54,040 nucleotides of DNA, taken from positions 1 to 54,040 of the IMG/VR virus record IMGVR_UViG_3300042869_000287. One strand, 5' to 3'. Under the pieces are notes generated by a model. The model saw only the letters and a list, made by a program, of their open reading frames with translations, ran no database searches and was not told the origin of the DNA. How positions within the stretch are numbered: the stretch's first letter is position 1; each line of letters opens with the position of its first letter. This document shows, piece after piece, positions 8,708-18,568 of the stretch. The stretch is from a virus (lineage: Duplodnaviria > Caudoviricetes). The position numbers and the translations under genes are program-made.

Positions 8708-9087
8708 GTCCGTTTGATTATGTTAACCAAATCCTACAAGGAAAGAAACAGTTAATTGTTGATGATGTGACCGAATCGGAATACGTTCCGTTTCTGGTAA
8801 ATCGTTCGTTATCTTACCATATTGATTGTGTATCATATGCGAATGAGATGAACCGCAGGTCATTCATTGACAAGAAACTGCAGAATGATTTTTTACTAAA
8901 TACCATAAGGTCTAAGAAAAGACCGTTCGTAAAGTGGGCTAAGTCTGATAAAAGTGAAGATATACAATGCATTAAAACCGTCTATGGTTTTTCTGATACG
9001 AAAGCACTTGAAGCACTCCGCCTATTGACTGATGAACAAATCCAAAAATTAAAAGAAAAAACCGGCATCGGTGGATTGAGGAAATAA
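8704..9087 (+). CDS. 62: Clamp loader small subunit (gp62)
   Basis: YVPFLVNRSLS, ANEMN, KKRPFVKWAK; synteny. Confidence 0.9.
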   Translation: MSPFDYVNQILQGKKQLIVDDVTESEYVPFLVNRSLSYHIDCVSYANEMNRRSFIDKKLQNDFLLNTIRSKKRPFVKWAKSDKSEDIQCIKTVYGFSDTKALEALRLLTDEQIQKLKEKTGIGGLRK

Positions 9088-9088
9088 T

Positions 9089-9493
9089 ATGGTAGATTTA
9101 AAAAACTTTGTTGAAGTTAAGTTAAAGCAAGAGGATGATTTTTTAAAAGTACGTGAAACATTAACCAGAATCGGTGTTTCTTCACGTAAAGATAAGATTT
9201 TGTATCAGTCGTGTCACATACTCCACAAACAAGGTAAATATTATATTGTACACTTCAAAGAATTATTCCAGTTGGATGGTAAACCAACCGACATTACAGA
9301 GAATGATATTCAAAGAAGAAATGCAATTGCAAGACTATTGGAAGAATGGGGTTTGGTGAAAGTTTCTAATCCAGAATTAATGGGTGATAACATTGCACCA
9401 TTACACCAAATCAAAATCATCTCCCACAAGGAGAAAGATGAATGGAATTTGGTACCAAAGTACAATATTGGTAAGAAGATTACACCACAATAA
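9089..9493 (+). CDS. regA: Translational repressor RegA
   Basis: DDFLKVRETLTRIG, LYQSCHILHKQG.YYIVHFKELF, W.LVPKY.IG. Confidence 0.95.
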   Translation: MVDLKNFVEVKLKQEDDFLKVRETLTRIGVSSRKDKILYQSCHILHKQGKYYIVHFKELFQLDGKPTDITENDIQRRNAIARLLEEWGLVKVSNPELMGDNIAPLHQIKIISHKEKDEWNLVPKYNIGKKITPQ

Positions 9494-9504
9494 GTAGATA
9501 TATT

Positions 9505-9690
9505 ATGAAACAAGTGAAAGAAAAAGTTGATAAGTTGAAAAACATTTATACTGGTGAGGTGGTGTACACCAGTAATTTGTTTGAAAAAAGACAAGACAGT
9601 ACAATGACATTTATCCAGGTATACAAACCAGAAAATCCACAAAGAAAATACTTTGTGAATGGTGAAGCTTTTGTAAAATTGGATAAATAA
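9505..9690 (+). CDS. Hypothetical protein
   Basis: 61-aa ORF filling the gap after regA. Confidence 0.6.
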   Translation: MKQVKEKVDKLKNIYTGEVVYTSNLFEKRQDSTMTFIQVYKPENPQRKYFVNGEAFVKLDK

Positions 9691-9696
9691 AAATAC

Positions 9697-9848
9697 TCCC
9701 ATCGGGATGGGAACGTAAAGACTCTACTACCTTAGGAGCGTCTAAAGCCGGTACAACGATAAGGTACCCCAGTAGTCGGTAAGCTGGATTAATGATATGC
9801 CTTCGGGGTATCTATTTTTAAACTTGCTTATTAAAGGAGAAAACTATG
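9697..9848 (+). promoter_or_regulatory. Structured hsp20 leader ending in a ROSE-like RNA thermometer hairpin
   Basis: Several hairpins including a UUCG loop; CTTGCTT (9823-9829) pairs with SD AAGGAG (9834-9839) leaving a bulged G. Confidence 0.65.
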
Positions 9849-10298
9849 ACAAGTATTTCAGCATTGTATCCATCATACGTTGGATTTGACCAATTGTTTA
9901 CTGAGTTGGAGAAACTCGTTGGCAAAGGTCAAACAGTCCAAACATCTTTCCCTCCACACAACATCATCAAAGTAGAAGACAACAAGTATGTCGTTGAAAT
10001 GGCTGTTGCTGGATTTTCAAAAGATGAAATTGACATTCAACTTGATGAGGGTAATCTAGTGATTCGTGGTGAGAAGAACACCAAAGATGACGCAAATTAT
10101 GTTTATCGTGGTATTGCTGCTCGTTCTTTCACTAAGACTATTAGGTTGACTGACACTATGGAAGTGCGTGGTGCCGAATTCAAAGACGGCATTTTGAAGA
10201 TTGGTTTGGAAAATGTAATTCCCGACCATAAAAAACCAAGGAAGATTGAGATTGGTGAGCAACTTGCGTTCTCAAAACCAACTCTATTGACTGAGTAA
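9846..10298 (+). CDS. hsp20: Small heat shock protein (Hsp20/IbpA family)
   Basis: FPPHNI, EMAVAGF, YRGIAARSF, DGILKI, PRKIEI. Confidence 0.93.
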   Translation: MTSISALYPSYVGFDQLFTELEKLVGKGQTVQTSFPPHNIIKVEDNKYVVEMAVAGFSKDEIDIQLDEGNLVIRGEKNTKDDANYVYRGIAARSFTKTIRLTDTMEVRGAEFKDGILKIGLENVIPDHKKPRKIEIGEQLAFSKPTLLTE

Positions 10299-10302
10299 AA
10301 CT

Positions 10303-10322
10303 GTGGGGCGAAAGCCCCACTT
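10303..10322 (+). terminator. GNRA hairpin, probable terminator
   Basis: GTGGGGC-GAAA-GCCCCAC just after the hsp20 stop; weak T tail. Confidence 0.6.
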
Positions 10323-10330
10323 ACTATATT

Positions 10331-10792
10331 ATGAAAAAGAAATTTATCGATGCACACATGAAGACTGCTGAAGTCTATGCTGAATTGTCTTCAGCAAAAA
10401 GACTGCACGTTGGTTGTGTTGTTGTAAAAGATAATACAATCATTGGCATCGGTTATAACGGCATGCCTTCTGGTTGGAACAATGAATGTGAGGTAAGAGA
10501 TTATTTTTCACCAGGTCGTTTTAAATGCACAGATGGAAATGGTGCAACATACATTCTTAAAACCAAACCAGAAGTACTACATGCAGAGACTAATGCACTC
10601 GCAAAGATTGCACGTAGTACCAACTCAAGTGATGGTGCAACATTGTTTGTAACTCATGCACCTTGTCTAGATTGTGCCAAACTAATATATCAGTCTGGTA
10701 TTGATAGTGTTTATTACCGAAATAGTTATCGCAACGATGACGGTATTAATTTTCTAAAGAAGTGTAATGTAGCTGTTCAACAGCATATATAA
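10331..10792 (+). CDS. cd: dCMP deaminase
   Basis: GYNG, HAETNA, PCLDC zinc motifs. Confidence 0.9.
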   Translation: MKKKFIDAHMKTAEVYAELSSAKRLHVGCVVVKDNTIIGIGYNGMPSGWNNECEVRDYFSPGRFKCTDGNGATYILKTKPEVLHAETNALAKIARSTNSSDGATLFVTHAPCLDCAKLIYQSGIDSVYYRNSYRNDDGINFLKKCNVAVQQHI

Positions 10793-10808
10793 TTTAAAGG
10801 AGTTTATT

Positions 10809-11267
10809 ATGTTAGTAGTGCCAGATGATATGGCAGGCAGACCAATTGGTTTCACCTGCTCAACTTTTGATTTACTTCATGCAGGACATATTCTTATGCT
10901 TGCTGAAGCCAAGTCTGTATGTGACCACTTGATTGTTGGTTTACAAAATGATCCGACTGCCGATAGACCTGGTAAGAACAAACCAGTTCAATCTATTGTA
11001 GAACGATTCGTACAACTTTCTGCGGTAAAATTTGTAGATGAGATTGTTGTCTATAGTACCGAAAAAGACCTTGAAGACTTATTGATGTTTCTTCCAATTT
11101 CTGTTAGAATCATTGGTGAAGAATATAAAGATAAACAATATACAGGTAAACAAATCTGTATTGACCGCAATATCAATATGTACTTTAACTCCCGCAATCA
11201 CCGTTTCAGTTCAACTGAATTGAGACAACGTGCATATCAATCCGAATTGAGTCGCCAAAATGTATAA
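10809..11267 (+). CDS. Glycerol-3-phosphate cytidylyltransferase-like (TagD-like)
   Basis: FDLLHAGH, LIVGL, ER..L.AVKFVD, SSTELR. Confidence 0.8.
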   Translation: MLVVPDDMAGRPIGFTCSTFDLLHAGHILMLAEAKSVCDHLIVGLQNDPTADRPGKNKPVQSIVERFVQLSAVKFVDEIVVYSTEKDLEDLLMFLPISVRIIGEEYKDKQYTGKQICIDRNINMYFNSRNHRFSSTELRQRAYQSELSRQNV

Positions 11268-11604
11268 TGATGTTTGTAAATTCATAGATGCTTGTGACCA
11301 AGAAGCATCCGCAAAAAATGTTAAGTTATACAAAACCTTAATTGATGAAGAAGTTGGTGAGTTTCGTTCAGCTTACTACGCATGTGATGAGGTAGAACAA
11401 CTTGATGCCTGTATGGATATGATTTGGGTTATCTTAGGGTTCTGTAAAATGAAGGGGTATGATGTTGATGCCGCATGGGCAGAAGTTGCTCGTTCTAACT
11501 TGGCAAAGATTGACCCAGCAACAGGCAAAGTAATTAAAAGACCAGACGGTAAAGTTTTAAAACCAGAAGGATGGACGCCTCCTGCGCTTGACAAGTTCGT
11601 TTAA
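11260..11604 (+). CDS. MazG/PRA-PH-like NTP pyrophosphohydrolase
   Basis: LIDEEVGE..D...D, EV.RSNLAK, DGKVLKPEGW. Confidence 0.8.
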   Translation: MYNDVCKFIDACDQEASAKNVKLYKTLIDEEVGEFRSAYYACDEVEQLDACMDMIWVILGFCKMKGYDVDAAWAEVARSNLAKIDPATGKVIKRPDGKVLKPEGWTPPALDKFV

Positions 11605-11616
11605 ATAGATTATAAT
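11588..11616 (+). promoter_or_regulatory. sigma70-type promoter
   Basis: TTGACA-N17-TATAAT. Confidence 0.8.
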
Positions 11617-11640
11617 TGATTATTAACTTTCGGAGATATT

Positions 11641-11859
11641 ATGGAAACATACAGAATCGCAAAACAATTCGCTGAGGCTAATCGCCTTCCCCGTGCCTAT
11701 AAGTACGATTTCTTTTTGCGAGAATTCGATGATATGGTAGAGGTCGTAGGTCTTATTGAAGACCCAACACTCAACATGACCGAGTTTAATGGTCGTGAAA
11801 TGCTTTACCCAAAACGTTGGGTAACTTTGGCCGTAGTGCCAGCTTCAACAAGGATTTGA
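11641..11859 (+). CDS. Hypothetical protein
   Basis: GGAG SD, downstream of a promoter. Confidence 0.7.
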   Translation: METYRIAKQFAEANRLPRAYKYDFFLREFDDMVEVVGLIEDPTLNMTEFNGREMLYPKRWVTLAVVPASTRI

Positions 11860-11860
11860 A

Positions 11861-12160
11861 ATGGCAGTAAAGTTAATTTCTTTTAAAACAAATCAGACAA
11901 TCATTGCCAGTGTTGTCTATGAGAATGATGAAAGAATTACAGTGAAAGAAACTGTACAAGTAATTGTTCAACCATCGAAAGATGGTCCAATGATGGGATT
12001 CTCTCCTTTCTTGGAGTATGCACAAGAGTTTAAAACAGGCATCACATTTGATATGTCTGACATTCTTTGCGTTACAACTCCAATGGTAGAATTGGAAAAT
12101 GAGTATAATAAGTTATTTGGTTCTGGCATTCAAATTGCCTCAAGTATTCCAAAATTCTGA
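11861..12160 (+). CDS. Hypothetical protein of the kind found before gp43 in T4-like phages
   Basis: beta-rich; ends in YNKLFGSGIQIA. Confidence 0.7.
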   Translation: MAVKLISFKTNQTIIASVVYENDERITVKETVQVIVQPSKDGPMMGFSPFLEYAQEFKTGITFDMSDILCVTTPMVELENEYNKLFGSGIQIASSIPKF

Positions 12161-12172
12161 TATAATGTATGA

Positions 12173-14710
12173 ATGAATAAAAAATATTACACAAATGTTG
12201 CCTCTATTGGCAACAACATTTTCTACAGAGGTGTAAACAACGGCCGGCGTGTTAAGATGAAAATTGCTTACACGCCGACTTTGTTTTTGAAGTCTAATAA
12301 ACCAACTAAGTTTAAAAACTTAAATGGTGAAGCACTTGAACCTATGAAGTTCGAATCTATCCGTGAAGCACGTGATTTTGTTAAGATGTACAATGAAGTA
12401 CAAAACTTTGAAATCTATGGTCAAACCAGATTCGAATATGCATTTATTGCTGATGAACATCCAGAGATGACCGATTGGGACTTTGAAGATGTTGCAATTG
12501 ATGTTATCGATATTGAGGTTGGTTCTGAAAATGGATTCCCTGATCCATATCAGGCCAATGAACCAATCACTGCCATTTGTATTACACGTGTCGGTGGTAA
12601 AACAATCGTGATGGGTTGTGGTGAATATATTAATAATGATGATAACGTTACATACATTAAATGCCGTGATGAGTATGACCTTTGCAAAACATTTATCAAC
12701 CACTGGTCAAATAATTGTCCAGATGTTATAAGTGGTTGGAATATTAAGTTCTTTGATATTCCATATTTGGTCAATCGTCTATCCCGTATCCTTGGTGAAG
12801 ATGACACAAAGAAGTTGTCACCATGGAATATGATTTCTGAACGCAAGGTCATGGCCATGGGTCGTGAAAACATTGCATATGAATTGTTGGGTGTTGCGAC
12901 ACTTGACTATATTGAATTGTACAGATGGTATGCGCCAGGTGGTAAATCACAAGAGTCATATCGTTTGGATAATATTGCGAACGTTGAGATTGGTGAGAGT
13001 AAGATTTCATATGATGAGTATGACAACTTGCACCAGTTGTATCGTTTGAATTACCAAAAGTTCATTGAGTATAATATTAAAGACGTAGCATTGATTCTAA
13101 AACTAGACGACAAGTTGAAGTTGTTAGAATTGGCACTTACTCTTGCCTATGATACGAAGTGTAACTATGATGATGTATTTGCACAAACTAGAATGTGGGA
13201 TGCAATGACATATGGTTACTTGTTGAACCGTAATATCATCGTGCCACCAAAGGTTATGAAGGACAAAGATGCTGCTTTCGAGGGTGCTTATGTTAAAGAC
13301 CCACAAAAAGGTATGCATAAATGTGTTGCTTCATTTGACTTGAACAGTTTGTACCCACACTTGATGATGCAATACAACATCTCACCTGAGACATTGATTG
13401 AGCCTGAAGACTACACACAAGATATGCGTGACATTATTATGCGTGGTGTAAGCGTTGATAAACTGCTGACTAAATCAGTTGACCTATCAAAGATGAGTGG
13501 TTATACTATCACACCGAATGGCCAGTTCTTCAGTACGACCAAACAAGGTTTCTTACCAAAGATGTTGGAAGAAATGTATATTGATCGTTCGAAGTTTAAA
13601 AAGATGATGATTCAGGCGAAGAAAGATTATGAAGTTGAAACTGATGAGACAAAGAAGAATGAATTAGATAAACGAATTGCTAGGTATAATAACCTACAAC
13701 TAGCAAAGAAGGTGTCTCTGAATTCGGCATACGGTGCCTTAGGTTCCAAGTATTTCCGATTCTATGATTTACGACAAGCTCTTGGTGTTACCTCTGCAGG
13801 TCAACTTAGTATTAAGTGGATTGAGAATAAAATCAATTCTTACATGAACAAACTATTAAAGACCGAAAAAGATTATGTTATCGCCTCAGACACAGATTCG
13901 ATTTATCTCCGTCTTGGTGAGCTTGTTGATAAGGTGCATCCGAAAGAATCAAACGTACAACAGATTATCCAATTCATGGATAAAGTATGTGAGCAGAAGA
14001 TACAACCATTTATTGATGAGAGTTACCAGGAGCTTGCTACGTATGTTAATGCGTATGCCCAAAAGATGCAAATGAAACGTGAGGGTTTGTCCGACAAAGG
14101 TATTTGGACTGCCAAGAAACGTTACATTCTTAATGTATATAACAATGAGGGTGTTCAGTACAACGAACCACATATGAAGGTGATGGGACTTGAGATGATT
14201 AAGTCTTCTACACCGGCTGCGATTCGTGAGAAGATGAATACCTTAATTAAAATGGTGATGCTTGGTACAGAAGAAGAGGTACAAGACTTCATCCAAACCT
14301 TTAGAGAAGAATTTAAATCTTTACCTGCTGAAGATATTTCTTTTCCAAGAGGACTTAATGGCTTGAAAACTTATTCTGATTCTGTTACAATGTACAAGAA
14401 GGGTACTCCGATTCATGTTCGTGGTGCCATCGTGTACAATCATTTCCTGAAGCAGTATAAATTGGATAAGAAGTATCCATTGATTCAAGAAGGTGAGAAA
14501 CTCAAGTTCACATACTTGAAAGTTCCAAACCATTTCAAAGAGTCAGTCGTATCTTTTCCAGGTCGATTGCCAAAAGAATTCAATCTACAAGAGTATATTG
14601 ATTATGACACACAGTTTGATAAGTCTTTCCTCGAACCAATCAAAGTGATTTTAGATTGTATTGATTGGAAAACAGAGAAGACTAATTCATTGGATAGTTT
14701 TTTTAACTAA
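12173..14710 (+). CDS. 43: Family B DNA polymerase (gp43)
   Basis: Exo DIEV, SFDLNSLYP, KVSLNSAYG, SDTDS, KKRY; C-terminal clamp-binding SLDSFF. Confidence 0.97.
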   Translation: MNKKYYTNVASIGNNIFYRGVNNGRRVKMKIAYTPTLFLKSNKPTKFKNLNGEALEPMKFESIREARDFVKMYNEVQNFEIYGQTRFEYAFIADEHPEMTDWDFEDVAIDVIDIEVGSENGFPDPYQANEPITAICITRVGGKTIVMGCGEYINNDDNVTYIKCRDEYDLCKTFINHWSNNCPDVISGWNIKFFDIPYLVNRLSRILGEDDTKKLSPWNMISERKVMAMGRENIAYELLGVATLDYIELYRWYAPGGKSQESYRLDNIANVEIGESKISYDEYDNLHQLYRLNYQKFIEYNIKDVALILKLDDKLKLLELALTLAYDTKCNYDDVFAQTRMWDAMTYGYLLNRNIIVPPKVMKDKDAAFEGAYVKDPQKGMHKCVASFDLNSLYPHLMMQYNISPETLIEPEDYTQDMRDIIMRGVSVDKLLTKSVDLSKMSGYTITPNGQFFSTTKQGFLPKMLEEMYIDRSKFKKMMIQAKKDYEVETDETKKNELDKRIARYNNLQLAKKVSLNSAYGALGSKYFRFYDLRQALGVTSAGQLSIKWIENKINSYMNKLLKTEKDYVIASDTDSIYLRLGELVDKVHPKESNVQQIIQFMDKVCEQKIQPFIDESYQELATYVNAYAQKMQMKREGLSDKGIWTAKKRYILNVYNNEGVQYNEPHMKVMGLEMIKSSTPAAIREKMNTLIKMVMLGTEEEVQDFIQTFREEFKSLPAEDISFPRGLNGLKTYSDSVTMYKKGTPIHVRGAIVYNHFLKQYKLDKKYPLIQEGEKLKFTYLKVPNHFKESVVSFPGRLPKEFNLQEYIDYDTQFDKSFLEPIKVILDCIDWKTEKTNSLDSFFN

Positions 14711-14719
14711 AGGAATATT

Positions 14720-15778
14720 ATGAGTTTATTAGATAAAATTAAAAAGAACAGTACGATTAAAGACAGTGCTGTGCTCGCAACATCAAAGTTCTTTACCAAA
14801 AAGGATATGATTTCAACATCTATCCCAATGATAAACGTGGCGTTGTCGGGTCGTTTAGATGGTGGTCTAACCCCAGGTCTTACAATGTGGGCAGGTCCTT
14901 CTAAACACTTCAAGACTGCTTTCAGTTTGCTGATGGCCAAGTCTTACATGGACAAGTACCAAGATTCAGTAATGTTGTTTTATGATTCTGAGTTTGGTAC
15001 TCCACAGTCCTACTTTGATACATTTGGTATTGATACTGAACGTGTCTTACACACACCATTGACTGACATTGAGCAGTTGAAGTTTGACATTATGAAACAA
15101 CTTGAGGGGTTTGAACGTGGTGAGCATATTATTATTGTTATTGATTCTATTGGTAATCTTGCGTCTAAAAAGGAAGTAGATGATGCATTAGAAGGCAAGT
15201 CAGTTGCTGATATGTCACGTGCAAAACAAGTGAAGAGTTTGTTCCGTATGGTCACACCACACTTGTCACTCAAAGATATTCCAATGGTAGTTGTTAATCA
15301 CACCTACAAAGAAATTGGAATGTTCCCTAAAGACATTGTTGGTGGTGGCACAGGTAGTTACTATTCTGCCGACAACATCTTTATTCTTGGTCGCCAGCAA
15401 GAGAAGGATGGAACTGAATTAACTGGTTATAATTTTATTATCAATGTGGAGAAATCACGATATGTTAGGGAAAAATCCAAAATTCCTGTTTCTGTATCTT
15501 TTGATGGTGGCATTAGCAAGTGGTCTGGCTTACTTGATGTTGCTCTTGAATCTGGCCACGTAGTCAAACCATCCAATGGTTGGTATTCACGTGTCAACAA
15601 AGAAACTGGTGAAATTGAAGACAAGAAGTTCCGTGAAAAGGATACTAATACCGAAGAATTCTGGTCTAGTATGCTCGTCAATGAATCATTTAAAGAATCT
15701 GTAAGGAAGAAATATGAAATCGCTTTTGGCAACATTATGGGAGAAGATTTCAATACGGCAGAAGCAGAAGAAGCTTGA
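14720..15778 (+). CDS. uvsX: RecA-like recombinase UvsX
   Basis: GPSKHFKT, FYDSEFG, IDSIGNLAS, GGGTG. Confidence 0.95.
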   Translation: MSLLDKIKKNSTIKDSAVLATSKFFTKKDMISTSIPMINVALSGRLDGGLTPGLTMWAGPSKHFKTAFSLLMAKSYMDKYQDSVMLFYDSEFGTPQSYFDTFGIDTERVLHTPLTDIEQLKFDIMKQLEGFERGEHIIIVIDSIGNLASKKEVDDALEGKSVADMSRAKQVKSLFRMVTPHLSLKDIPMVVVNHTYKEIGMFPKDIVGGGTGSYYSADNIFILGRQQEKDGTELTGYNFIINVEKSRYVREKSKIPVSVSFDGGISKWSGLLDVALESGHVVKPSNGWYSRVNKETGEIEDKKFREKDTNTEEFWSSMLVNESFKESVRKKYEIAFGNIMGEDFNTAEAEEA

Positions 15779-16073
15779 GTACAAGTTTCTGAACTTACCT
15801 GAAGAAGACTCCACGATGGTAGAAATTACCGGTGGTAAGTATTCAGGTGTAGTATTCTCGTATGGTCATGTTAGATTTGAAGAAGGCGAATTAGGTCAAC
15901 TACAGTTTACCTATAACGTAAACAATCCAGGTCAACATGGCCATGCAAGCTTGCTAACTGACCAAGAATATCATACAATGATGGGAGAAATTCTCACAGA
16001 TATTATTATTAATCAAGAAAGCCATAATGAACAGACTAGAACACTCGATTCTAAAGAACCTGATTTACAATGA
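15714..16073 (+). CDS. Hypothetical protein at the T4 gp40 position (start uncertain)
   Basis: Lies between uvsX and gp41 and overlaps both. Confidence 0.55.
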   Translation: MKSLLATLWEKISIRQKQKKLEYKFLNLPEEDSTMVEITGGKYSGVVFSYGHVRFEEGELGQLQFTYNVNNPGQHGHASLLTDQEYHTMMGEILTDIIINQESHNEQTRTLDSKEPDLQ

Positions 16074-17418
16074 AACGTTTGCTCGTAAAGTTTTGCCGTT
16101 TCTCCGTAACGATTATTTCTCTGACAATACCGAGAAAGTAGTTTACAAAGAAGTTGATGAGTTTATCAACAAGTACAATAGTCTACCGACACACGAAGCA
16201 CTCATCATTAATCTTACCGAGAGTAAGAAGTTAACTGAACAAGAAGTTCGTAATTCTATTGAGTTGTTACACAATATCAATCAGCATAAAGATGAACCAA
16301 CCGAAATGAAATGGTTGGTTGAACAGACTGAGAAGTTCTGTCAAGACAAAGCAATCTACAATGCCATCATGGAATCTGTATCGATTCTGGACGACAAAGG
16401 TGATAAGAAAGCCAAAGGCGAGATTCCAAAGATTCTTAGTGATGCCTTGGGTGTATCATTTGACCCTAATGTTGGTCACGATTACATTGATGACTTTTCA
16501 AATCGTTATGACCTGTATCACAAAGTTGAATCACGTGTTAAGTTTGACCTTGATATCTTCAATAAGATTACCAAAGGTGGTCTGCCAATTAAAACATTGA
16601 ATGTTGCACTTGCAGGCACTGGTGTTGGTAAGTCTTTGTTCATGTGTCACGTTGCTGCAAGTTGTTTATCTAATGCACAGAATGTTTTGTACATCACCAT
16701 GGAAATGGCTGAAGAAAAGATTGCTGAACGTATCGATGCCAACTTGTTGAATGTGACAATGGATGAACTACACGTAATGTCTAAGGATGATTATGTACGT
16801 AAGTTTGGTGTACTAAAGAACAAGACACAAGGCAAGTTAATCATCAAAGAGTATCCAACTGCCGCAGCCAATGCACTCCACTTCCGTGCTTTGTTGCAAG
16901 AGTTACAGTTGAAGAAAAGTTTTAAACCTGATATTATCTTTATCGACTATCTAAATATTTGTTCGTCTTCACGTATCAAACCTGGTGGTTCTGTTAACTC
17001 ATATACGTATATTAAATCGATTGCTGAAGAATTGCGTGGTCTTGCCGTTGAAGCAGGTCTGCCAATTGTAACTGCGACACAAACAACTAGGTCTGGTTTC
17101 ACCAACACCGATGTTGACTTGACGGACACAAGTGAATCGTTTGGTTTGCCTGCGACTGCCGACTTTATGTTTGCGTTGATTAGTACGGAAGAACTGCAAC
17201 AATTGAACCAGATTATGGTGAAACAATTGAAGAATCGTTATTCGGATCCTAGTGTATTCAAACGTTTCATTGTTGGTATTGATCGATCAAAGATGCGACT
17301 ATATGATACTGAACAATCTGCACAGACCGATATCTCCGATTCTGGTCAACCAGATAAACCACTAAGTACATTTGGTAATAGAGAACGTAGAAATAAATTT
17401 GACGGAATTAAAGTATGA
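16027..17418 (+). CDS. 41: Replicative helicase (gp41)
   Basis: AGTGVGKS, YITMEMAEE, IDYLNI, SESFGLPATAD, KQLKNRY. Confidence 0.96.
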   Translation: MNRLEHSILKNLIYNETFARKVLPFLRNDYFSDNTEKVVYKEVDEFINKYNSLPTHEALIINLTESKKLTEQEVRNSIELLHNINQHKDEPTEMKWLVEQTEKFCQDKAIYNAIMESVSILDDKGDKKAKGEIPKILSDALGVSFDPNVGHDYIDDFSNRYDLYHKVESRVKFDLDIFNKITKGGLPIKTLNVALAGTGVGKSLFMCHVAASCLSNAQNVLYITMEMAEEKIAERIDANLLNVTMDELHVMSKDDYVRKFGVLKNKTQGKLIIKEYPTAAANALHFRALLQELQLKKSFKPDIIFIDYLNICSSSRIKPGGSVNSYTYIKSIAEELRGLAVEAGLPIVTATQTTRSGFTNTDVDLTDTSESFGLPATADFMFALISTEELQQLNQIMVKQLKNRYSDPSVFKRFIVGIDRSKMRLYDTEQSAQTDISDSGQPDKPLSTFGNRERRNKFDGIKV

Positions 17419-18530
17419 GTTTAACAGTAGAACAAGGTGCTTATGTTGCCAATGTATTCTCGGAGTATTTCGATAAGTTTGGCCGCATAGATGAATATAT
17501 GCGTGAACAGAAACTGGCAGCAATGTCAGAAAGACCATTCACGTTACCTGGATGTGGACCAGAAGAAGACTTGTTCTCCGACTTTACAATGTCACCGGCA
17601 GATATGCAATTTGAGGTTGTTGACTTGCCTCAAGATCGATGGGACATTTACCTTGATATGATATCGTCACATTCAAACATGACAAGTATACCCGGTCGTT
17701 GTCTACGATTGGCAATCTTAGAGAAGAAGTCTGGAAAGTGGTGTGGTTTCATTCGTCTTGGTTCTCCAGTCATCAACTGCAAGCCACGAAATCAAATGCT
17801 TGGACAAGTGTTTACGCAAGTCCAAGGCGGTGCTCAGAGGTTCAATCAATGTGCTGCGATGGGTTTTGTCATTGTACCTGCACAACCATTCGGGTATAAT
17901 TACCTTGGTGGCAAACTGTTGGCTGCGATTTGTACCTCACATGAAGTTCGTGAGATGCTGAACCAGAAATACAAGATGACAACCTGTTTGTTTGAGACTA
18001 CTAGTTTGTATGGTTCTTCTAAGGCAGTATCACAGTATGACGGCATGAAACCATTGATTCGTTTCAAAGGTCTTACTGATTCAGATTTCTTACCGATGTT
18101 ACATGGCCAAACTTATACCGACTTGAAGAACTATGTTGAAACAATCATTGGTGAACCTCTTGCACCAGAAGATGCATCATCACGTAAGTTAAAAATCTCT
18201 AATCATATCATATCATTAACTAAAGTGGCACTCAAAGGTACACCAGAAGGTGCCAAGTTTGCACAGACGATTGAGAATGCCAAGAATCTGAATGAACAGA
18301 AACGATACTTTATCTCCGATTATGGTTACAAGAACATGGTTGATTTTGTGAATGGTAAGACCGACAAGTTATTACCTGGTGAAAACTATGAGAAGTTTCA
18401 TTTAAACAACATCATTGAATGGTGGCGTAAGAAAGCCATCAATCGATTCGAGACATTGAAGACTGAAAATCGTATCAGGACTGAACAAGAAGTTTGGACC
18501 GGTGATAAAGTGCTTGACATTATTCGGTAA
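17415..18530 (+). CDS. DUF4338/DruA-like protein
   Basis: GFIRLGSP, PFGYNYLGGKLLA, TTSLYG..SQY. Confidence 0.6.
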   Translation: MSLTVEQGAYVANVFSEYFDKFGRIDEYMREQKLAAMSERPFTLPGCGPEEDLFSDFTMSPADMQFEVVDLPQDRWDIYLDMISSHSNMTSIPGRCLRLAILEKKSGKWCGFIRLGSPVINCKPRNQMLGQVFTQVQGGAQRFNQCAAMGFVIVPAQPFGYNYLGGKLLAAICTSHEVREMLNQKYKMTTCLFETTSLYGSSKAVSQYDGMKPLIRFKGLTDSDFLPMLHGQTYTDLKNYVETIIGEPLAPEDASSRKLKISNHIISLTKVALKGTPEGAKFAQTIENAKNLNEQKRYFISDYGYKNMVDFVNGKTDKLLPGENYEKFHLNNIIEWWRKKAINRFETLKTENRIRTEQEVWTGDKVLDIIR

Positions 18531-18546
18531 CCTGGTAGGATAAATA
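18514..18546 (+). promoter_or_regulatory. Late-type promoter (GATAAATA) with a possible overlapping sigma70 promoter
   Basis: TTGACA 18514-18519, TAGGAT 18536-18541, GATAAATA 18539-18546. Confidence 0.5.
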
Positions 18547-18568
18547 CTCCAAAAACACAGGAGTATTA

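Noticed and set aside
12173-17418. Inteins, introns or a split gene in gp43, uvsX or gp41
   Set aside because: Lengths are ordinary, motifs are contiguous, and no intein or homing-endonuclease signatures were seen.
17415-18530. Complete Druantia defence system
   Set aside because: Only a DruA-like gene is present; there is no DruE-type helicase or other partner.
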